A stretch of DNA of 12,004 nt from a virus. The translations under genes were made by a program, and so were the position numbers. Shown here in pieces: positions 5,711 to 11,905 of the stretch; position 1 is the first letter of the stretch, and each line of letters starts with the position of its first letter. The notes under the pieces were generated by a model, which did no database searches, was not told the DNA's origin, and was given only the letters and a program-made list of their open reading frames with translations. The stretch covers positions 1 to 12,004 of IMG/VR virus record IMGVR_UViG_3300009537_000402, one strand, 5' to 3'.

Positions 5711-7086
5711 TATAATAACCCGAAGTTTAAGCTAGATGGTGCTCTATTTTCGTAATATTTTTCATTTTGTTTTTTTAAATCATTGTAGTATTTTTCAGCT
5801 TCTTTTCTTTTTTCATCCAGGAGAGCCTGGTTTCTTTTTCTGATATTTTCGTAATATTGTTCAGCTTCTATTCTTTCATCGCTTCTTTTCTTTCTTCGTT
5901 CTTTTTCAATACGATCGTAATAGGCTTCTAGTTCTTCTCTCCTTCTGGCTTCTCTTTCGTCTAGAAGTCTAAGTCGTTCGGCAAATCGAGCATCATCTTC
6001 ATTAAGTCGTCTCTGTCTAGCTTCTTCGTATTCTTGGGTTTTTCTGGCATCTTCTTCTTCTCTTTTTTTTCTTCTTTCTTCATATTCTAAATCAGCTGGG
6101 GAAGGCTGTCCCGCCCTGGCCACAGTACCTTTGATTAGTTCTCTGTCTTGTTTCCAGTTATCCCAAACTTGTAGAGGGAAATTTACGATGGGTATGAGAG
6201 CCCTGGCTATCCTTCCAGCACTTGTTAATTCATCGTGCATTTCTTCTAATCTTTTTAGTTGTTCGATATCTCCGTTTCTTTCAGCATCACTTGCTCTGAA
6301 TACTAAATCTGATGATGCGTCATCAAGAATATTAAAAGTGAGTTTTGTTTCAAAAGCGTATGCGGCTAAAGCACCAGCTACCCATAATTGTCCTTTAGAA
6401 ATTTTATTTAGTAAATTTTTTATGAGTCCAGATTTTTTAGTATTCATTTTAGCTCCAGCAGTGGTTTGACCAGAAGCGGCTTTGATTACATCTGGAGCGT
6501 CATCAATAAATTTAGCAGCGTATTTTCCAACCATTCTTTCTAATCCTTCTCTAGCTGATTTTGCTGCTGCTGTTTTAGCTACTCCCTTAACAGCACCCTT
6601 CACTACTGTACCTCCAACTAGGCCAGAAGCTAATTCTGCTGGGGATTGAGGTTGGTCTGTACCTAAAAATTTTCTAACTGGTGCGAATTGGTCTGATACC
6701 TGTTGGAGTGTGTCTCCAACTCCTCTGCCAACATCTTTTATTGTTTCTTTAGCTCTGGTGATAAAAGTTTGACCAGTCTGTTCGAAATCTCCTACAGCAC
6801 CGCCCCCGCCTACAGCTGGAGTCTCAACACCAAAATCTCTTGCCCTTCTCGATACGCCTCCCCCGCCTACGCTACCAGGAGAAATAGGTCTCGCTTCTCT
6901 GCCAGCTATTGGTGAAGGACTTTTGAATCTATCTTTTGATGTGACTGCAGCTTTGCCTACTTTTTTAGCAATACCTTTAATATTTTCAGTTAATTGTTTT
7001 GTAACTGGTTTGGGCGTTTTTCCCTTTCTGGTGAAAGCTTTTTTTACTCTTTTGAAAGCTTTTTTGATTCTATCTCTAAATCCCAT
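5710..7086 (-). CDS. Large 458-aa virion-associated protein candidate. It occupies the position of a minor head or internal protein directly after the portal gene.
   Basis: Shine-Dalgarno GAGGT plus 9 nt, with a TAATG overlap with the portal stop. The N-terminus is basic. Two VGGGG motifs are encoded by a repeated cccccgcctac string. A hydrophobic segment LWVAGALAAYAF follows. The C-terminal 110 aa or so are Arg/Glu/Lys-rich with a recurring E..YY..I.K motif. Confidence 0.6.
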   Translation of the reverse strand: MGFRDRIKKAFKRVKKAFTRKGKTPKPVTKQLTENIKGIAKKVGKAAVTSKDRFKSPSPIAGREARPISPGSVGGGGVSRRARDFGVETPAVGGGGAVGDFEQTGQTFITRAKETIKDVGRGVGDTLQQVSDQFAPVRKFLGTDQPQSPAELASGLVGGTVVKGAVKGVAKTAAAKSAREGLERMVGKYAAKFIDDAPDVIKAASGQTTAGAKMNTKKSGLIKNLLNKISKGQLWVAGALAAYAFETKLTFNILDDASSDLVFRASDAERNGDIEQLKRLEEMHDELTSAGRIARALIPIVNFPLQVWDNWKQDRELIKGTVARAGQPSPADLEYEERRKKREEEDARKTQEYEEARQRRLNEDDARFAERLRLLDEREARRREELEAYYDRIEKERRKKRSDERIEAEQYYENIRKRNQALLDEKRKEAEKYYNDLKKQNEKYYENRAPSSLNFGLL

Positions 7087-8216
7087 TATGTTTTGACCTC
7101 GTTAGGAGTAGGTTGTTGTGGTGGTGTAGCTTCCTGGTTTTCTACTGATGTATCTTCTGGAGTATTAGCTTGTTGAGTTTCGCTTTTTGATGAATCCGAG
7201 AGGAGCTCGTTTTGTAAACTTGCTGGGAATTCCAGCTCTATCTCTAAATCCAGCTGAATTAAGACTTGTTCTTCTAAAAATAATTGTTCTTCTTCGATAG
7301 TTTGTTCGAAAGCTAAGTAAGCTATTTTAGCAGAAGCCTCAGTAATCTCTTGAGACCCCCCGACGATGATTTGAGGTACGCCAGTAGCCTGGAAGAAATA
7401 CTGATTAAGCTGTTGAATCCAAGGTAAAGGGTTAAGCATCGAGTTAGTAGGGACAGCTGAAAGCTCAGTTTCAACAGTTCCCATTGGGACATAGATATTT
7501 TCGCCCTGCGTGTAAGCTCTATCTGCTTTAGCCTTAAACGCAGCGATTTTGGTTGTGTCATCTGTATCTAAGTGCCAGATTCTAACTGGATAAACATTAC
7601 GATGAAGTAGCTTTTTGTAATCAGCCATAGCTTCATTACGCATGAGGATGATATCCTCAACAGCTTTGACCATACTTACGCCATGTATTTCATCAGCTAC
7701 TCTGTTTCTGGCTAAGTGGAAAATATCTTCTGGCTCAAATCTGGCATTAACCATACCTTTTGGTTTATTAAGTTGTTCGTAACGGATGATTACTCCTTTT
7801 TTATTGGCTACGATTCTGATGAGTTCGGGATCTAAAGGCTTTAGATTTACAAGTCTGCCTTTTTTATCTCTAATAATTTCGCAATATGAATCCCCGCCTA
7901 TGTGATATGTTCGTACACAATTTTCCAGGATAGTGTTAAAAGTGTCTTTACCCCATCCTTTAATTTCATCTAAGACAATTTGAGTGATTTCATTACTCTG
8001 AAATCCTTTGCCGATAGTCCAGGTAGCTTTAGCATCAATAGCAGCGGCTAATTCTGGAATAGCTTTGTAGAAGCCAAACCATTTAGACCAGTCGGTATTA
8101 TCATAATAAGTTTCAACATCTTCAGCACCATCAGTAGTTTCTACCTGTGGTGCATATAAATCTTCAGTACCTTCGAGGTTACTAATATCAACATTTGCTA
8201 TATCTGTATCTGGCAT
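7086..8216 (-). CDS. Portal protein (376 aa).
   Basis: Sequence is Phage_portal-like: IGGDSYCEIIRDKKGRLVNLKPLDPELI, NRVADEIHGVSMVKAVEDIILMRNEAMADYKKLL, PQIIVGG...ASAKIAYLAFEQTIEEEQ, plus an acidic C-terminal tail. Shine-Dalgarno is AAGAGGGA plus 8 nt. Confidence 0.85.
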   Translation of the reverse strand: MPDTDIANVDISNLEGTEDLYAPQVETTDGAEDVETYYDNTDWSKWFGFYKAIPELAAAIDAKATWTIGKGFQSNEITQIVLDEIKGWGKDTFNTILENCVRTYHIGGDSYCEIIRDKKGRLVNLKPLDPELIRIVANKKGVIIRYEQLNKPKGMVNARFEPEDIFHLARNRVADEIHGVSMVKAVEDIILMRNEAMADYKKLLHRNVYPVRIWHLDTDDTTKIAAFKAKADRAYTQGENIYVPMGTVETELSAVPTNSMLNPLPWIQQLNQYFFQATGVPQIIVGGSQEITEASAKIAYLAFEQTIEEEQLFLEEQVLIQLDLEIELEFPASLQNELLSDSSKSETQQANTPEDTSVENQEATPPQQPTPNEVKT

Positions 8217-8491
8217 TATATTATTCCCTCTTTTTCCCAGTCCTCAAATATTTTTTCAAATCCTAGGTTATTATCTTTGCTGTGTTGTTTCATTGAAAGT
8301 ATTTTGTCTGGTTTAGCATCATCTTCGATGATTTCTTTAAAATGATTTTCGAATTTATCTACAGCTATTCTGATGGTGTTTTTTTGACCATGTTCGTCCG
8401 TCCATTGTTTTAGGGTAATCTGGTCTATACCTTCTAGTTTGTCTTTTATCTTTACTCCTAGTTTTGTTGTTATCCAGTCTTTAGCTTTCAT
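8216..8491 (-). CDS. Hypothetical 91-aa protein.
   Basis: The track start at 8512 is a TTG. ATG 8491 gives an ATGA overlap with the upstream stop (tcat at 8488-8491). Its own stop overlaps the portal start as TAATG. Confidence 0.55.
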   Translation of the reverse strand: MKAKDWITTKLGVKIKDKLEGIDQITLKQWTDEHGQKNTIRIAVDKFENHFKEIIEDDAKPDKILSMKQHSKDNNLGFEKIFEDWEKEGII

Positions 8492-8766
8492 ACGACTATC
8501 CCACAATAACAAAGTGTTTGTGTAGATGCTACATTATTGAGCATGATTAAATAATTTGTGTTAGTTACGAAGAGTTTAACAGCGCCAAACTTTTGGCTGT
8601 CGTTGATGTAAGCCGTAAGAGTGCCGTTATAGAGACCATAATTGATTGTTGCCCAGTTACTCGTTCCACAATGAGTAATAATCCATTGAACGCCCGATGC
8701 CGGCTGAACAGCCCAGCTACTATTTGCGGTGATAGATGATAATCCGTTTACTATTGTAAATGCCAT
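8488..8766 (-). CDS. Hypothetical beta-rich 92-aa protein (alternative start at ATG 8784).
   Basis: ATG 8766 forms a TAATG overlap with the hand-found 54-aa ORF upstream. Neither candidate start has a Shine-Dalgarno site. Confidence 0.5.
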   Translation of the reverse strand: MAFTIVNGLSSITANSSWAVQPASGVQWIITHCGTSNWATINYGLYNGTLTAYINDSQKFGAVKLFVTNTNYLIMLNNVASTQTLCYCGIVV

Positions 8767-8930
8767 TATAATATGAGTGCCCATTTCTTAATGGAATCTT
8801 CACTAAGAACGGTTATTATGTTTCCTTCTTCATCTTCAATTTTAGCAAAGCCACTGCTAGTGACACCTAAACCCTGGTTTTCAGAGTTAGGGAATATGTT
8901 TGATTTGAGTAAGCCGAATTCTAATACCAT
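8766..8930 (-). CDS. Hypothetical 54-aa protein, below the track cutoff (MVLEFGLLKSNIFPNSENQGLGVTSSGFAKIEDEEGNIITVLSEDSIKKWALIL).
   Basis: Translated by hand. The ATG lies 1 nt after the nuclease stop codon, and the stop forms a TAATG overlap with the next ORF. Confidence 0.45.
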   Translation of the reverse strand: MVLEFGLLKSNIFPNSENQGLGVTSSGFAKIEDEEGNIITVLSEDSIKKWALIL

Positions 8931-8931
8931 T

Positions 8932-9384
8932 TTATTCAATTTTAGGCAATATCCAGTCTATATCTGGAATTACGCCTTCAAGTCTTTTGTTCCAGAATTT
9001 AGCGTATCCTGAATTTGCCATTTCTTCACCTATATCATTACCAGCTAGGATTATATTTCCTAGTAGTCTGCCCCATTTTTCTACTCTATTGAATTTATTG
9101 ATTTTAATGGTTACTTTTTTATTGAGAATCATTTTTTCTAAAGCACTCTGAGATTTCTTTCCCCCTTTTTCAGACATCTCTGGAGCGGCGATATTTGAGA
9201 ATCGTACAGGGAAATCAAATTCTCGATGCTGCCATCTGACCGTAATTGTATCGCCATCATGCACTTTAACGACTTTAGCTTGAAAGTCCTCAAAAATTTG
9301 CTTATGGGGACTACTGAAGTAATAGAAATTCATCTGCGCGTTGGTGAGTTCTGGGAATCTGTCGAAATCGTGTCCATTTGTCAT
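8932..9384 (-). CDS. Staphylococcal nuclease (thermonuclease/SNase) homolog (150 aa).
   Basis: It aligns by eye to S. aureus nuclease: VHDGDTITV (the D19/D21 region), VRFSNIAAPE (R35...E43) and KWGRLLGNI (R87). Ala replaces the metal ligand Asp40. Confidence 0.8.
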   Translation of the reverse strand: MTNGHDFDRFPELTNAQMNFYYFSSPHKQIFEDFQAKVVKVHDGDTITVRWQHREFDFPVRFSNIAAPEMSEKGGKKSQSALEKMILNKKVTIKINKFNRVEKWGRLLGNIILAGNDIGEEMANSGYAKFWNKRLEGVIPDIDWILPKIE

Positions 9385-9749
9385 TATGATTCATTGATAA
9401 AATCGACTGCTTTTTTGTCTCTCAGTAAAGCTAGGGCTCTTAATCCAGCATCTCTGAGAACATTAATCATATCTTCACCTTCAATTCTGGAAGTGTAGCC
9501 AGACAAATCATAGATAATGACATAAATGGCAGCGAAGTTTGAAGCGGCTTCTTTGAGAAGTCCTTTGGTGTCTGCGTTTAGGGAAGCGTAATTATCGCTG
9601 AAATTGTATCTGCAAGTGACATTAATCATAGATTCCACTTGAGTCATAAAATCGTTGATGTATGCTTCGACATTAGAAGTGCTACTAGCATTAGCTCCAG
9701 TTTTTCTCTGCACTTCTGCAGTTGTTGCGAATATTCCAGTATCAGCCAT
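9384..9749 (-). CDS. Hypothetical 121-aa protein, with weak resemblance to gp6-like head-tail connector proteins.
   Basis: ATG at 9749, and its stop overlaps the nuclease start as TAATG. The helical pattern (AYINDFMTQVESMIN...AASNFAAIYVIIYD) is only suggestive. Confidence 0.5.
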   Translation of the reverse strand: MADTGIFATTAEVQRKTGANASSTSNVEAYINDFMTQVESMINVTCRYNFSDNYASLNADTKGLLKEAASNFAAIYVIIYDLSGYTSRIEGEDMINVLRDAGLRALALLRDKKAVDFINES

Positions 9750-9814
9750 TTTTTAAACGCTAGGTGCATAACCACAAGTACAGTCTATCCAATGATTAGA
9801 GCACCCAGGACATA

Positions 9815-10348
9815 TCATAAAACTTTAGGTAGGATATTTACTAATTTATTAGTGGGAGGAATGCCGTCGTCGTTAGCATCACATCCTAACTTTACCTCCA
9901 ATATTGTGCCTTTCAGTCCTTTAGGGATATCAAGACCTATTCCAATTAATGCAGATGGGAATCTTGCACCATCTCCGTCTAATCCTTCGTATGATACTCT
10001 TCTATCTGGAATAAATATCCATGAGCAATTAGGCAATATTTCTTTCTGCCACAAGGATGTTTCAAGATTATCACATCTATAAATCGCTACTCCTTTCTTA
10101 ATTACCTTAAAGAAATGTCTGAACATTACATACGCCTTTGAAAATGGGGGATTCATCCATGCAACCTTATCCATATCACTGATATCTTGAAAATCTTCTT
10201 CTGAAAACGTTTCCGTCTTAGTATTTTCTTTCGTGGCACAGCAGTCAAATTCAAAATTATACTGTTCCATCAAAGGATCAAATACCCATGATGGAGTTTC
10301 CCATTCATCCCTTGAAGGATTGTTACCTTTTCCGTTGTTTGCTTTCAA
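9815..10348 (-). CDS. Phage Dam-family DNA N6-adenine methyltransferase (177 aa, TTG start).
   Basis: Motifs seen are EWETPSWVF, FDCCAT and the catalytic NPPFS, then CDNLETSLW. The codon at 10348-10346 is TTG, preceded by AGAGGT plus 8 nt. Confidence 0.75.
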   Translation of the reverse strand: MKANNGKGNNPSRDEWETPSWVFDPLMEQYNFEFDCCATKENTKTETFSEEDFQDISDMDKVAWMNPPFSKAYVMFRHFFKVIKKGVAIYRCDNLETSLWQKEILPNCSWIFIPDRRVSYEGLDGDGARFPSALIGIGLDIPKGLKGTILEVKLGCDANDDGIPPTNKLVNILPKVL

Positions 10349-10367
10349 TCTTATCTACCTCTGGAAA

Positions 10368-10388
10368 CCGCACACTTTAGTGTGTCGG
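10368..10388 (-). promoter_or_regulatory. Hairpin between the terminase and methyltransferase genes, a possible attenuator or mRNA stabiliser.
   Basis: The minus strand reads ccgACACAC-taaa-GTGTGcgg, 8 bp with one bulge, followed only by tttcc. The Shine-Dalgarno site of the methyltransferase lies just downstream. Confidence 0.3.
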
Positions 10389-10406
10389 AGGATGTCATTT
10401 TTTTTA

Positions 10407-11702
10407 CTAATGGATGTAAATATTTAAATTTTTGCTTCCTATGAGCCAAGCTGCTCTTATTAATGCTTCTGTGATGTGGGAGTCGTTTCCCATGTATTTT
10501 ACTTTTGCGTTGATTATTTCAAATTGTATGGAGCGTAAAGAGTGAAAAATATCATCTCTTTTGAGCAGCTTGATCCTTCCCCACTCCATCATGGCTAAGA
10601 GGTTGTTATACATATCTTCTTTTAGTAAGCGTTTTTTCTGTTTTCCATCTCTGGTGAGGCTTCGGCTGGCGTTGTTTAAGGCGATGGTTTTTCTTCTGGT
10701 TTCATCAGCTTTGAGAAGGTAATCAAAGTCTCCACTACCTAGCCCCCCATCATCAATGCCTATTTTTCTGAAAGAGTAGATTCTTTCTAATTTGGTGGTG
10801 TAATTGACTCTTTCTGGTGTTGTGAGTTTATTTGATACTTTGTAAGCGTTCATGGTTATATTTTTGCTGTCTGTACCATCTAAAACAGCCCAGACTGTAC
10901 TATCTCGACCCATCCCTGCTACATCTATGCCTAGGAAATAGTCTCTCCTGGGCCGGATATTAGGTGAATCTTCAATGATAAGTACTTTTTCAAGTAGTTT
11001 GTCGGGGAATACTTGTTTTAGGTCTTGGAGTGGTTGTCCCATGTATTCTTGAGCATAGGCTAGAGCAGTCATCCTGGATTTTTCAGCTTGTAGTCTTTCT
11101 AGGGCTCTATCTCGTTGATGTTCTGTCCAGGTTTCGCATATTTCTCTTTCTCTGACGACCTTTTCGGAATCTGTACGAAATCTGGTGTAAGAATTAAAGG
11201 CATTGCCTTTATTGATAAGAACATCATAAAAAAACCCCTCAGTCCCGAAAGGTGTAGAAAGAAGTATTGTGTCCCCGCCTGTGGTTAATAGCATAGGGGT
11301 GACTGCATCCCAGACGGGCTCGGGAATCCGAGAGGCTTCATCAGCGTATAATCTGTGTACGGTTAAAAATCTTATGCCTAAACCACTGAGTCCTGTTGGC
11401 AGACACCATATAATCGTGCCATTTTTGAGCGTGATTTTGGATTTTGTGGGGCGAAATTTGCCTTTTCTGATGATGGTTTTATCTTTTCTGAGGATATAAT
11501 CAAGTGTTTTTTCAAATAGAGCGTACGCCTGGCGCTCAGTCGGAGCGATCATAAGTACGACTTTCTTAGGGTTGTTGATAGCATATTCCCCAGCATCTAT
11601 GCCACAAACTACTGATTTACCTACTTGCCTGCCAGTACAAAGGTGTTTATCACCTTTAGTAGATAAAAAAGCTTTTTGCCAGGGGTCTAGTTTTATTTCC
11701 AT
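10407..11702 (-). CDS. terL: Terminase large subunit (431 aa from ATG 11702).
   Basis: Walker A is GRQVGKS and Walker B-like is LYADEA. Nuclease-domain acidic motifs are GIDVAGMGRDS and IGIDDGGLG. The track start at 11747 is a GTG whose 15 extra codons run into the GC-rich island. MEIKLDPWQKAF is a typical TerL N-terminus. No Shine-Dalgarno site precedes 11702. Confidence 0.85.
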   Translation of the reverse strand: MEIKLDPWQKAFLSTKGDKHLCTGRQVGKSVVCGIDAGEYAINNPKKVVLMIAPTERQAYALFEKTLDYILRKDKTIIRKGKFRPTKSKITLKNGTIIWCLPTGLSGLGIRFLTVHRLYADEASRIPEPVWDAVTPMLLTTGGDTILLSTPFGTEGFFYDVLINKGNAFNSYTRFRTDSEKVVREREICETWTEHQRDRALERLQAEKSRMTALAYAQEYMGQPLQDLKQVFPDKLLEKVLIIEDSPNIRPRRDYFLGIDVAGMGRDSTVWAVLDGTDSKNITMNAYKVSNKLTTPERVNYTTKLERIYSFRKIGIDDGGLGSGDFDYLLKADETRRKTIALNNASRSLTRDGKQKKRLLKEDMYNNLLAMMEWGRIKLLKRDDIFHSLRSIQFEIINAKVKYMGNDSHITEALIRAAWLIGSKNLNIYIH

Positions 11703-11809
11703 TATATAAAAAATTTGTCTGCCGCATCCTGGGATACACGCATCCACATCCCTTCAAACTCGCTACCCACATACATACAACATTAAGCTCGAGCATCCCA
11801 GCCTCTGGG

Positions 11810-11829
11810 AATCCATCCTCAAAGAGCCC
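11810..11829. repeat. Left arm of a perfect 20-bp inverted repeat (aatccatcctcaaagagccc).
   Basis: It is the exact reverse complement of 96-115. The arms are 171 nt apart on the circular map (11830-11905 plus 1-95). Confidence 0.9.
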
Positions 11830-11905
11830 CGCGGTACGCGGGCGACCGAAGGGAGCCCGCCTATTATTCGTCTCAGCATGAGGGCTGGGCTCTTTCTAGA
11901 CCTGC

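Noticed and set aside
564-11499. All plus-strand ORFs in the track: 564-815, 2243-2467, 2295-2489, 2679-3026, 3250-3486, 5046-5279, 5342-5536, 6131-6469, 6703-6915, 6994-7176, 8773-9012, 9226-9498, 9639-10082, 10233-10427 and 11269-11499.
   Set aside because: Each lies antisense within a longer, better-supported minus-strand gene. Their translations are low-complexity (Ser/Phe/Leu-rich), and none has a convincing ribosome-binding site.
11703-11747. The N-terminal 15-codon extension of terL (MDACIPGCGRQIFYI) given by the track.
   Set aside because: The codon at 11747 is GTG, and the extension runs into the GC-rich non-coding island. The ATG at 11702 yields a typical TerL N-terminus. I still cannot exclude the longer form.
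11753-11781. A plus-strand promoter-like pair, TTCAAA, 17 nt, TACAAC, that could drive a plus-sense island transcript.
   Set aside because: Each hexamer matches the consensus at only 4 of 6 positions, and there is no extended -10. That is too weak to call without transcript data.
11810-11829. A miniature inverted-repeat transposable element delimited by the 20-bp inverted repeat (11810-11829 with 96-115), about 211 bp in total.
   Set aside because: The flanks (ctggg on the left, taata on the right) show no target-site duplication, and GC enrichment and pairing extend beyond the repeat arms. I keep it only as an alternative hypothesis under the main finding.
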